Of a stretch of DNA of 64,000 nucleotides, positions 48,164 to 58,996 are shown in pieces. The notes beneath the pieces are model-generated. The model worked only from the letters and a program-made list of their open reading frames with translations, ran no database searches and was not told the origin of the DNA. The translations under genes were made by a program, and so were the position numbers. The stretch comes from Candidatus Bathyarchaeota archaeon (GTDB lineage: Archaea > Thermoproteota > Bathyarchaeia > Bathyarchaeales > Bathycorpusculaceae): positions 64,001-128,000 of the forward strand of contig CAWHXY010000006.1 in assembly GCA_963833575.1 (NCBI GenBank), written 5' to 3'. Position 1 is the first letter of the stretch. Each line of letters opens with the position of its first letter.

Positions 48164-50419
48164 TTGAGCACCGATCTTGGAGCTCAGAGGAAAAGGGTTA
48201 TGGTAAATCAGCCACCACAACGTGCACGCGGCGTAAAAGTTCTAAAAGCAGTCTCTTCACCGCTCAGGCTGCAAATCCTGAACCTACTTTTCGACAAAAG
48301 CGCACTCTCATATACTGAATTAATGAATCAACTAAAAATGAATCCCAGCCGAGATGCAGGCAGATTCGCTTATCACTTAAAATTCATGTTAAAAGCAGAT
48401 TTGGTTGAAGCAGATGTTGAAGCAAAAAAATACTTTTTGACTGACCTTGGCAAAATGGTTCTCGATGTAGCTGACCGCGTGGAGAGGAAAGCGTTTAAGC
48501 CGAGAGGCATGCTTGTTCGTACTTCACATTTAACTCTAGAAGAATTTGACGCAAACAAAATAGCCAATTCACTCATAAGAGAAGCTAAGGTGCCACCTGA
48601 ACTTGCTCAGAAAACAGCTAAAGAAACTGAAAAACGTCTAATCAAATCAAAAACAAAGTATCTTACTGCTTCCCTAATCAGGGAAGTAGTAAATGGCATT
48701 CTAATTGAGAAAGGGTACGAAGAGTACCGCAATAAACTCACAAGAGTCGGAATGCCCGTACATGAAGTAACAACTTCAATAGAGGCGAAAGACCAAGCCA
48801 TAGACTCAACAACGTTACTTGCAAGGGCAGGTCAAACAGTTCTTGGCGAATACACGCTGCTCAACATTTTTCCAAGAGACATAGCTGATGCTCACCTTTC
48901 AGGTACCATCCACGTTGATAGTTTAGGTACATGGATTCTTAAGACCAACGAAGTCAGCCACGATCTACGGTTTTTCTTTCAAAACGGTGTAAAGTTGGAC
49001 AATCCGCTTCAAACTTCAATGGATCCGCCGAGCGATTTCGAATCTGCCTTTGCAATTGCTTTCAATGTGCTTTTGCATGCGAACAAAGAAACAAATCGTA
49101 CTCAAATATACAATTACTTTAACGTTTTTCTTGCGCCCTTCATCAAGGGCACAGAAATACAAAGAATAAAAGAAAATCTACGTTTACTAATTTTGAATCT
49201 AAATCAGCATGTTGAAGCCACTTTGGTCCTTGATCTCATAATTCCAAAATTAACTGCGGAAAAAGAAGCAATTGGCCCAATGGGAAAAATAGTTGGAAAA
49301 TACAGTGACTTTGTCCAAGAAAGCCAACTATTGGCATCTCTTATCCTTGAAGTTTTTTTGGAAGAGAACGCTAAGAGACCGCTTCTCAATCCCAAGCTAA
49401 TCATTAAAATAAATAAGGAGTCCTTAGAAGACGAAAAATTGAGAGAAGTTCTTCTGAAGGCGCATCGTTTGGCAGCAGAAAGAGGAACGCCTTACTTCGC
49501 TAACACTACAAAGAAAGAAACAGAAAACACTGTTTTTTCGCCTTCAGGAGTCAAACTGGCGGCTGATCTAACCGGAGATTGGGAAACTGACACTCTGCGC
49601 ACGGGCTGTCTTGGATGCGTAACAATAAATTTACCAAGAATTACTCAAGAAAGTGAAAAAGACCAAAACAAGTTTTTCGAGCTTATACGAGAACGTTTTG
49701 AACTTGCCGCCCGAGCTATAGGAATAAAAAACAATGCGTTAAAACAGTTCGGAAAAAACTCAATGCCTTTCCTATTAAAAAGCTCAAGCGGAGATACATA
49801 TTTCAGGCTCGAAAACTGTTCCAGAATCATTAATTTGGCTGGGTTCCGAGAAGCCGTAGAAGCTTTCACTGAAAAAAGTATAAATTCGGAAGAGAGCCGC
49901 AGGTTCACAGAAGAAATTATTCAAAACCTCTTGGCCTTTAAACAGAAAATTGGCAGAAAACATGGAAGACGTCTTTACCCGGCTATACTCGGCGACGTTG
50001 AGGCTTCAGAACGTCTCGCACAATTAGATATAGAAAAGTACGGTATTGCCAAAGTTAAGTTTTCGGGAACCCGTGAGAAACCCTATTACTCAACCCTTAA
50101 AAGATTCCAAGTTAGACCTGCAGGTGAGCTCCTTAGTCTTCAAACTGATGCGATTGATACGGCACAAAAATTCAAAGGGCTAAACACTGGCGGAAGCCTA
50201 AGCATATTAGAGTTGGAATCCAGTGAAGTTAAACCTGAAGCGTTAATGGATTTGACAAGACGCTTAATTGAGAACCAAACCTTGGAATTTTTCACTTACA
50301 ACCGCATAATTAGTTACTGTGATAACTGCAAGAAAAGTTGGTTTGGAACCCTGCACAAATGCGCATGCTGCGGCTCCATGAGTGCACTGACCACTTTCGA
50401 CCGCTTTACTTCAACCTAA
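48164..50419 (+). CDS. ArsR-type wHTH + ATP cone + degenerate class III ribonucleotide reductase (NrdD-like) fusion
   Basis: wHTH (SSPLRLQIL, SYTELM, FAYHLKFM..ADLV), ATP cone (VRTS..EFDANKI...LIREVV), and NrdD core (IADAHLSGTIHV, HDLR, TGDWETDTLRTG, VTINLPR, GG, CxxC..CxxCG). The catalytic motifs are absent. Confidence 0.88.
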   Translation: MSTDLGAQRKRVMVNQPPQRARGVKVLKAVSSPLRLQILNLLFDKSALSYTELMNQLKMNPSRDAGRFAYHLKFMLKADLVEADVEAKKYFLTDLGKMVLDVADRVERKAFKPRGMLVRTSHLTLEEFDANKIANSLIREAKVPPELAQKTAKETEKRLIKSKTKYLTASLIREVVNGILIEKGYEEYRNKLTRVGMPVHEVTTSIEAKDQAIDSTTLLARAGQTVLGEYTLLNIFPRDIADAHLSGTIHVDSLGTWILKTNEVSHDLRFFFQNGVKLDNPLQTSMDPPSDFESAFAIAFNVLLHANKETNRTQIYNYFNVFLAPFIKGTEIQRIKENLRLLILNLNQHVEATLVLDLIIPKLTAEKEAIGPMGKIVGKYSDFVQESQLLASLILEVFLEENAKRPLLNPKLIIKINKESLEDEKLREVLLKAHRLAAERGTPYFANTTKKETENTVFSPSGVKLAADLTGDWETDTLRTGCLGCVTINLPRITQESEKDQNKFFELIRERFELAARAIGIKNNALKQFGKNSMPFLLKSSSGDTYFRLENCSRIINLAGFREAVEAFTEKSINSEESRRFTEEIIQNLLAFKQKIGRKHGRRLYPAILGDVEASERLAQLDIEKYGIAKVKFSGTREKPYYSTLKRFQVRPAGELLSLQTDAIDTAQKFKGLNTGGSLSILELESSEVKPEALMDLTRRLIENQTLEFFTYNRIISYCDNCKKSWFGTLHKCACCGSMSALTTFDRFTST

Positions 50420-50421
50420 AC

Positions 50422-51420
<999 letters not shown>

Positions 51421-51532
51421 TCAAGTTAGTGCTTATATGCTTTTGTTGTTGTTTCTCGTTTGCAACACACTTTTAATAGCAACCGTTAGGCAATATTATT
51501 TTAAATTAGAAATTTTGAAGGTGTTTTTGAAA

Positions 51533-51730
51533 ATGGAAACAATCATGGATAAAATTTCTAAACGAGAAAAAACCAAAGAATCTTTTAATTCTCTAGGATA
51601 CATGCCTAGAGTATTTGACGTTAGAGCACCTTGCCAATGGCTCGAACATTGCTATGACGGAAAATGCCCAGCATTTACAAAACTTAACGGAAACTTTTAC
51701 TGCGCACGACCTAACCAAAATCATAGCTAA
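51533..51730 (+). CDS. Small Cys-containing hypothetical protein (65 aa)
   Basis: Four Cys (CQW..HC..GKCPAF...YC). The start is placed at the ATG at 51533. Confidence 0.5.
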   Translation: METIMDKISKREKTKESFNSLGYMPRVFDVRAPCQWLEHCYDGKCPAFTKLNGNFYCARPNQNHS

Positions 51731-51805
51731 CTCATAAACTAAAGACCTGACTATCAGCAGCTCAATTCTAGCTATTTAACGAGCAACTGCAAGAATTATT
51801 TTACA

Positions 51806-52717
51806 TTAGCTCTTCAACATTGCAATCATTTCTTTTACAATGCCAACTGACTTCTCAAAACGTTCTCTTGTCTGAGCCGACAAGTCTAACTCAATTATTT
51901 TTTCAACTCCCTGTTTTCCAACAACCACTGGCACCCCGATTGAAACATCCGAGAAGCCATATTCTCCACTTAGACATGTTGATACGCTCATGACTCGGTT
52001 TCTTCCTGTCAAAATTGCGTCAGCAGTTATTGCTATGACAGTTCCGGGCGCATAGATTGTTGAGCCCTTAAGTTTGATTACATCCCCACCTGAACTGACT
52101 GTTAAATGCACTATTTTGTCAATTTGCTCAGATGTTAATAGGTTTGCAATTGGAATTCCCGATACAGAAGCGCATTCAATTAGTGGAACCATTGAATCGC
52201 CGTGCTCACCGATAACTAATGCACGTGTATCTTCTCTTGAAACGTTTAGTTCATTAGCGATGTATGTTCTAAACCGAAGTGTGTCCAAAATATTACCCAT
52301 ACCAAACAAGCAGCAACGAGGAAAACCAGATTCTTGAGCAGCAACATAAGTCATTACGTCAACTGGGTTAGTAACAATCATAAGTTTGCTGCCAGGTGCA
52401 TATTTAACTATTTCTTTAACGATCGATCGGATAATTTGTGCATTAGTATTCATAAGGTCAAAGCGACTCATATCAGGTCTTCTTCCAAAACCAGCAGTGA
52501 CAATTACAAGTTCCGACCCCTGCATTTCTTTGTAGTTGCTTGTTCCACGGATTGTGCCGTCAAATTCGATTGCGGGTGCCGCCTGCATCATATCAAGGGC
52601 TTCCCCCCGGGCTTGGTTTTCGTTTGCATCAATCAAAACGACATCGCTTATTTTGTAGCGAAGGATATCGAATGCAGCAGCACTTCCAACTTTGCCAGCT
52701 CCAATGACAGTTATCAT
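51806..52717 (-). CDS. mdh: Malate dehydrogenase (LDH-like)
   Basis: GAGKVG, TAG..RRPDMSR.DL (Arg specificity loop), NPVD, LDT.R and GEHGD. Confidence 0.93.
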   Translation of the reverse strand: MITVIGAGKVGSAAAFDILRYKISDVVLIDANENQARGEALDMMQAAPAIEFDGTIRGTSNYKEMQGSELVIVTAGFGRRPDMSRFDLMNTNAQIIRSIVKEIVKYAPGSKLMIVTNPVDVMTYVAAQESGFPRCCLFGMGNILDTLRFRTYIANELNVSREDTRALVIGEHGDSMVPLIECASVSGIPIANLLTSEQIDKIVHLTVSSGGDVIKLKGSTIYAPGTVIAITADAILTGRNRVMSVSTCLSGEYGFSDVSIGVPVVVGKQGVEKIIELDLSAQTRERFEKSVGIVKEMIAMLKS

Positions 52718-52926
52718 AACAAAGTAAGATTTGGAAGTTAGATATAACCCGCACGGATGCTCTACGTAAAGTAATGTTTAGGTAATCATCTTTTCTTTTC
52801 TGCTCTGGCAACTCAACCTAATTGTTTCTTAGCTATTTTTTTAAACAATATAAAGGTAAAGTGCTAATTAATACCTAAAGAGGGAATGTTGGGGGTTCAT
52901 CAATCAATAAGCATATACAGATTCTA

Positions 52927-54528
52927 ATGGTCATGCTTATTATTCCAATAATAGTTTTATCAGCATTCAATTTCCCCAGCACCAAAGCGACTGACGAAAA
53001 TTCCTCATGGACAACTATGACGCCCATGCCAACCGCTAGAGGTGGACTCGGTGTTGCCGCTGTAAATGGAAAAATCTATGCTGTCGGCGGCTTGAATGGT
53101 AATTCACCTGTTAACAATAATGAACAGTTTGACCCCATTTCAAATCAGTGGACCGTCGAAATGCCTATGCCTACTGCTAGAAGCGGTTTTGCAATTGCTG
53201 TTTATGATAACAAAATTTATTGTATAGGTGGAACAGTCGGCAATGGGTATGTTGCAAACAACGAAGTCTATGATCCCTCAACGAATACGTGGGAAACAAA
53301 GGCATCCATGCCTACTCCTAGATCTGACCTAACTGCAAGCGTAGTGAACGATAAGATTTACCTAATAGGTGGAAAAAAATATTCAAACGCTGACCCTTAT
53401 TTCATTGAAACTAACGTAAACGAGGTTTACGATCCAGCAAACAACACGTGGACTACTAAAGCATCTATCCCAACAGCTGTTTATGGATACGCCTCAGCGA
53501 CAATAAACGGAAAAGTCTACATTATCGGGGGATCAAATAATCCTACATCATCACAAAATGGCGCTTTAATTAACGCTAATCAAGTCTATGACCCCCAAAC
53601 CGATAACTGGAGTTTAGCGGCGAACTTACCTACCTTAGCAACATATGGCGCTGCAGCAGCAACTGAAGACTATATGGTACCTTCACGATTATATTTGGTA
53701 GGAGGATATCTTTGGGATACTTTTAGCAGCAAAACCCAAATCTATAATCCCTCTAACAATTCCTGGACCGAAGGCCCATCGCTACCTTCGCCCGAAGCGC
53801 ATTTGGGTCTTGCAGTTGTAAACGACATTTTATATGCAATCGGCGGATTTGATGGGCAAAATTGGTTAGATACAAATTCCCAATATAAACCTGCTGACTA
53901 TGGAACGGTGCCCCCGAAACTTGAAATTACGTCTCCTGAAAACAAGACTTATTCGCATGTAAATTTGACGTATAGTATCAACAGGGATGCTGATTGGACG
54001 GGTTATAGTGTAGATAATCAAGCGAATGTAACAATTACTGGAGGAACTAACATATTGGGCTTATCTCAAGGAGGACACAGTATAATATTGTACGCAAATG
54101 ATAGCCAAGGTAATATGGGTTCTTCTGGCACAGTTTACTTTTCAGTAGACTCGCTTCCTCCAACCATTGTTATAATGATTCCTCAAAACCAAACTTATGG
54201 TTCCACTGACATGCAATTGACTTTCACAATCAATAAGGCTGTCTCAAAGCTATCATACGATCTAGATGGTGAAGGAAACATAACAATAATTGGAAACGTA
54301 ACTTTGCCAGCGTTGTCTGATGGTTCACACCGTGTAACCGTTTACGCAACCGACTTACTGGGTAACTCTGGCTCAGCTGTCGTTTACTTTAACATAACGT
54401 CTTTTCCATTTATAGCGGTTGCAGCAACCGCAGCAATAGTAATTATAGCTTTAGCCGCTGGATTTCTGTTTTATAAACGCAGAAAACCAAGCAGCAACCA
54501 AGAACAAAAAAGTGTAATTGCCCAGTAA
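52927..54528 (+). CDS. Secreted Kelch-repeat protein with Ig-like domains and TM anchor
   Basis: Six Kelch repeats (IY.IGG...YDP..N.W...MPT.R), two Ig-like units, then TM + KRRK. Confidence 0.9.
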   Translation: MVMLIIPIIVLSAFNFPSTKATDENSSWTTMTPMPTARGGLGVAAVNGKIYAVGGLNGNSPVNNNEQFDPISNQWTVEMPMPTARSGFAIAVYDNKIYCIGGTVGNGYVANNEVYDPSTNTWETKASMPTPRSDLTASVVNDKIYLIGGKKYSNADPYFIETNVNEVYDPANNTWTTKASIPTAVYGYASATINGKVYIIGGSNNPTSSQNGALINANQVYDPQTDNWSLAANLPTLATYGAAAATEDYMVPSRLYLVGGYLWDTFSSKTQIYNPSNNSWTEGPSLPSPEAHLGLAVVNDILYAIGGFDGQNWLDTNSQYKPADYGTVPPKLEITSPENKTYSHVNLTYSINRDADWTGYSVDNQANVTITGGTNILGLSQGGHSIILYANDSQGNMGSSGTVYFSVDSLPPTIVIMIPQNQTYGSTDMQLTFTINKAVSKLSYDLDGEGNITIIGNVTLPALSDGSHRVTVYATDLLGNSGSAVVYFNITSFPFIAVAATAAIVIIALAAGFLFYKRRKPSSNQEQKSVIAQ

Positions 54529-54610
54529 TAACAACTTATCGCGTTTTGGCGGCATTTTTTTTCTTTGTGTTTTAAGTTGCTTTTTTGTTTTAGGCTTTGA
54601 TTTGTCTGCA

Positions 54611-54710
54611 GGTTGCGTACAGATTCGGCTAGATTCGTACAGTTTCGTACAGAAAAGTAGAGAGAAGTAGGAAAAAGGTTAGAAAAGTAGGAAAAAGTCT
54701 AAAATAAGCT
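54611..54710. repeat. Degenerate tandem array of about ten 10-bp units
   Basis: ggttgcgtac agattcggct agattcgtac agtttcgtac agaaaagtag agagaagtag gaaaaaggtt agaaaagtag gaaaaagtct aaaataagct. Confidence 0.7.
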
Positions 54711-54924
54711 TAGAAAAATAGGTTGTGAAGATCTGTGTTTAACTTTTTTGGGAACGGGAATTGTCGATTAAATAACAGGGAACTATTTTATGAGATTGGT
54801 TCTAAATAATCAGATTCTTTAAGATTTTAATAATCCTTGCCAACATAATACATGTCTCAAAACTCGCTTTGTTAAGAAAAAAATTTAAGTAAACAAAAGC
54901 CAAGGTTCTTGAGGGGGGCATGCA

Positions 54925-55176
54925 TTGGGCTACGAAATTGATTACGCTGGTGGAGAACGAATGGGCTGTTCCTCTAAACTGGTAATAGCTGATAGAATTT
55001 TCTATGTCAAGCTATTTGGAAGTGGGCGATCAAGTTTTTTCTCGGGCGATCAGCAAGGAGTTATTCAGAAAGAAATTTCGCAATCTGAGTTTGACCTTTG
55101 GGTTAATATTTTAGCTGATAATGAGGCTGAAGCTCATGAAGCTCAAAAGAAGCTCAGTTTAGGAAAAAAATACTAA
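54925..55176 (+). CDS. Hypothetical protein
   Basis: 83-aa ORF with TTG start, GAGGGG upstream and a T-rich tract after the stop. Confidence 0.7.
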   Translation: MGYEIDYAGGERMGCSSKLVIADRIFYVKLFGSGRSSFFSGDQQGVIQKEISQSEFDLWVNILADNEAEAHEAQKKLSLGKKY

Positions 55177-55235
55177 TTCTAAACTTTTTTTTCACTTGTT
55201 TTGTAAATACTAAAGTATCCTACCGATTTGAGCGG

Positions 55236-55979
55236 CTAAATATCTTTCCATCTATTCTTCTTTACTGCTATGAATAGGATTATGCCGCATACTGCTGAGA
55301 GAACTAGCCAATCAAATATCAGCATATCCGTGGAGATTTTGAGATAGCCCGTGGCTGATTGCATAATTTCCGCTACATATGTAGTCGGCGAAAGGTAAGC
55401 GATGTATCTGTATGTCTCAGGAACGTAGGTTATCGGATAATATACTGGTGGCAATGTTGTAAACAATAGGGATAGAAGCCTAGAAAATGCATAGCTTTGA
55501 ACTACATCATTTGAGAAAGTGGAGAGCATGAACCCTATTGCTACTGAGATAGTGAACATCAGTAATAATGTAATGATTAAAATTACTATTTGAAGAAGCG
55601 AGGGATGCAGATAAATTCCCGCGAGCGCGATAAGAATGGCTAAAGAAGGAACTGAGTAAACTATTTCCGCAAGAGTCATTCCCAACATGTATAAAGTTGA
55701 AGTTGTCGGTGAGCTTACAATCATATCTTGAAGCTTGAAGTCATTTTTTAAATGAGAAAGATCTGATTGCAGTGAAATTCCACTTGAAAAGAAAGCCATA
55801 ATCAATCCGCCTTCAATTGCGGTTCCAAAAAGACTGCCATGGGACACGAAGGTAATTACAATGAGAATAGAAAACGGCGCAATAACAGCACTTACCAAAA
55901 CAATAGGGTAGTTTATCATCTCGTAAACGGCATTTACCAGAACACCTGCTAGAATTTGGCTGAGTCTACTGCGCTTCAA
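55236..55979 (-). CDS. ABC-2 type transporter permease
   Basis: Six TM helices with the PVYYP...P...IAYLSPTTY ABC-2 signature. Confidence 0.88.
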   Translation of the reverse strand: MKRSRLSQILAGVLVNAVYEMINYPIVLVSAVIAPFSILIVITFVSHGSLFGTAIEGGLIMAFFSSGISLQSDLSHLKNDFKLQDMIVSSPTTSTLYMLGMTLAEIVYSVPSLAILIALAGIYLHPSLLQIVILIITLLLMFTISVAIGFMLSTFSNDVVQSYAFSRLLSLLFTTLPPVYYPITYVPETYRYIAYLSPTTYVAEIMQSATGYLKISTDMLIFDWLVLSAVCGIILFIAVKKNRWKDI

Positions 55980-56884
55980 TTATTCGTCCCTCGCTTTTTG
56001 TCCGACAAGGTAGAAGAAAATATCATCGAGGGTAACAGGAGCAATTGAGAACTTTTCACCTTGCTCAGCGAACACCTTGGCTAATCTAAAAGCTTCTTCT
56101 TCATTGGTCATTATCTGGGTGATCCCACTTTTGCCTGTGGTTACTTCACCATCTTTCAACAGAGTAACCTTAGTTTTCAGGGGCACTTTAATGCTATATT
56201 GGTATCTAACTGTTTTTCTCAGATCAGAAAGAGTGCCAAATGAAACTAGTTTTCCATCTTTAAGAATGCCAATTTTGTCTGCAAGTTCCTCTGCTTCTTC
56301 AAGATAATGAGTTGTAAGAAAAATAAAACGTTCTCTGCCAAGTTCTCTAAGAATTTCCCACAATTCCCGCCTTGAAATTGGATCTAATCCCGTTGTGGGG
56401 TCATCAAGAAAAATAACATCTGCTTCTGAGGCGGCGGTTACAGTGGCAAGGAGAACCTTTCTTTGTGTACCACCTGAGAGGCGGCGAGTCATTACATTGG
56501 CGTATTTTTCTAAGCCAAGCTTTGCAAGTGATTCACCGGCAAGTCTTTTTGCGTCACTGTAGCGGAAGCCTCTCCAAAGAAGATAAGAGAAAACAGTTTG
56601 TTTGGCTGTCATCCACCTTATCGTCCTAGCTTCCTGCGGGACAATCGCAATTTTCTCTCTTAACTTGCCTTCATGCGTTAGTATGTCCAAACCATTGATG
56701 CTTGCGCTTCACTAGTGGACTGAAGCTCAGTGGCTAGGATTCTGATAAGCGTTGTTTTTCCAGCGCCATTTCTGCCGATTAAAGCAAAAATACCGTTGGT
56801 TTCAACTGAAAGGGTTACGTTTTCAAGAGCTTTTCTATGATCTTCGTAAACCTTTGTCAACCCGTTACATTCAAGCCTGCCCAT
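55980..56884 (-). pseudogene. ABC ATPase split by a single-base frameshift at about 56710
   Basis: Walker A GRNGAGKTT lies in the 56678..56884 ORF; LSGG and FLDDPTTGLD lie in the 55980..56690 ORF. Adding one base restores TSGSASINGLDI. Confidence 0.8.
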
Positions 56885-57017
56885 GAAACCTTGCAACCTA
56901 AAAACATGACAATATTTACTAATATTTTAATTAAGTTCTGCAATTTAAAAGGCGTGATTTCGATATACTACATTTATATTAGAAGCCCTAAATATGGAAA
57001 GTTGAAGATGAAGAGGT

Positions 57018-58046
57018 ATGACAGTTTATTTACTTCCGTGGGACACCAAGCGTAACTTAATGGATGAGGCAAATAATCTCTATGATGAAGCAGGAACTTT
57101 TGATTGCATACAAGAAGGCGACTTAGTAGCAATAAAATTGCATGTCGGCGAACTTGGTAACCCGCATTATGTACAGCCGTTTTTTGTTCATGACATTGCT
57201 CGCAGAGTAATGGAGGCAGGCGGCAAACCTTTCCTCACAGACTCTAACACAGCTTATAATGCGATGCGAAGTAATGCCTATGATCACATGACTACAGCGT
57301 TGATGAACGGCTTTAGTATGGCCCCTTTTATCGTGGCAGATGGACTTAAAAGCGAAAACTACCGAACCGTACCTACAAAAGGCATTTTAAAAGAAATCGA
57401 AGTTTCAGGTGCTATAGCTGAGGCTGACGCCATGATAGTTGTCACACACTGCAAAGGTCATGAATTAAGCGGTTTCGGTGGTGCCATAAAAAACTTAGGC
57501 ATGGGGTGCACTCCAAAAAGCGGTAAATTTAGGCAGCACAGAACTGTAGGCATAGAAATAGACACAAACAAATGCAGTGGATGTGGCACATGCAAAGAAG
57601 TTTGTCCAATAAATCTGCCCGAAATTATTGAAGGCAAAGCAAGAAACACCTCGCCACTATGCATGCGTTGTCCAGTCTGCAAACAGAACTGCCCCATGGA
57701 AGCCATAAGCTTTGTCCACCAAGAAAACCTTTGTAGAGCACTCGCTTCGGCAGCCTATGGCGTACTTTCAACATTTAAACCAAAAAAAGTTTCATATGTG
57801 AGCTTTGCCAGAAACATCACTCCTAACTGCGATTGCTTACCTAACCCTGGTGAAGTTATTATGAAGGATGTAGGCATTTTTGCTTCTGACTCACCAGTGT
57901 CGATTGATGCGGCGTTTTTGCAATCGATTGATTATGAGGTGTTCAATGAAACATCCCATGTTGAATGCATGGCGCAGGTTCAAGAGACAAAGGCACTGGG
58001 CATCAAAGGTGAACTTAAGCCAAAGATAACAACATTGGCTGAGTAA
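57018..58046 (+). CDS. DUF362 iron-sulfur protein with ferredoxin domain
   Basis: VAIKLHVGE, HCKGH..GFGGAIKNLGMG, two CxxCxxCxxxCP motifs and CDC. Confidence 0.9.
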   Translation: MTVYLLPWDTKRNLMDEANNLYDEAGTFDCIQEGDLVAIKLHVGELGNPHYVQPFFVHDIARRVMEAGGKPFLTDSNTAYNAMRSNAYDHMTTALMNGFSMAPFIVADGLKSENYRTVPTKGILKEIEVSGAIAEADAMIVVTHCKGHELSGFGGAIKNLGMGCTPKSGKFRQHRTVGIEIDTNKCSGCGTCKEVCPINLPEIIEGKARNTSPLCMRCPVCKQNCPMEAISFVHQENLCRALASAAYGVLSTFKPKKVSYVSFARNITPNCDCLPNPGEVIMKDVGIFASDSPVSIDAAFLQSIDYEVFNETSHVECMAQVQETKALGIKGELKPKITTLAE

Positions 58047-58059
58047 AGCTAAATCCTTT

Positions 58060-58842
58060 TTACCCAGTCATTTTTATAGCTTTATCTTTCATTCGTTTTC
58101 TTCTAACTAAGTAAACAGCAACCACGACCAAGACTGCTGATACGCTTCCTAAAATTAAATAACGAGAAACGCCTGCAACCTCCGGCCAATTCTTGCCCAA
58201 GTACCAGCCTAAGTAAATCAAAATTGCATTCCATACTAAACAACCTGCAGTTGTAAAGGCGATGAATTTTTTCAATGGCATTCTTGTAGCCCCTGCAGGA
58301 AATGAAAAGGTAGTTCTGAATCCTGGGATGAGACGACTTATGAAAATCATGGAGCTACCGTTTTTGAGGAACCATTTTTCTGCAACTTCAAGCTGATTAG
58401 TTGATAAGATGACCTTTCCTAAAACTTTGTTCTTAGTAAGGGACTCAACACCTTTCAATCCAATGTAGTAATCAACTATCGAGCCCGCAATGCCTGCAAT
58501 CGTCGAAAGCGTTAATGTTATCCAAAAGCTAAGTTGACCCGTTGAAACCAAATAGCCTGCAAATGGAAGGATTACTTCGCTTGGAATTGGCAAAGAACTT
58601 GACTCAAGCAGCATCAAGACAAAGATTCCTGAATACCCAAAAGACTGCACCGTCGAGGTGACACCATGCGTTATAGAGAGAATTATACTTATAATTGGCT
58701 CGCTTGCGAGTGGAGCACCACCAATAACTACATCCTCGAAGAAATCGAAGAGAATGTAAACAATAGCAATGATCGCGATGGCTACAACAATCAATTGGGG
58801 CGCTTTTCTTTTCAGTTGAACAAGATTGTGATTGGTAACCAA
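58060..58842 (-). CDS. DedA family membrane protein
   Basis: LESSSLPIPSEVILPFAG and SRLIPGFR..SFPAG. Confidence 0.92.
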   Translation of the reverse strand: MVTNHNLVQLKRKAPQLIVVAIAIIAIVYILFDFFEDVVIGGAPLASEPIISIILSITHGVTSTVQSFGYSGIFVLMLLESSSLPIPSEVILPFAGYLVSTGQLSFWITLTLSTIAGIAGSIVDYYIGLKGVESLTKNKVLGKVILSTNQLEVAEKWFLKNGSSMIFISRLIPGFRTTFSFPAGATRMPLKKFIAFTTAGCLVWNAILIYLGWYLGKNWPEVAGVSRYLILGSVSAVLVVVAVYLVRRKRMKDKAIKMTG

Positions 58843-58996
58843 TATGCACCGCTTTTTTAACTTAATGCTAAGCTTGAATTTATTTTGGTCTATATGAATA
58901 TGTAGCTTTTGCTTTATCGCAACATGAATTTTGTTTGCCTACAAAAAAAGAAAAAAATTGTTGGATTACAACAATATCGTTGGGAAATCTTGTTTG

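Noticed and set aside
48164-50419. Annotation as a functional nrdD
   Set aside because: The glycyl-radical Gly motif and finger-loop Cys are not visible, so the gene symbol is withheld.
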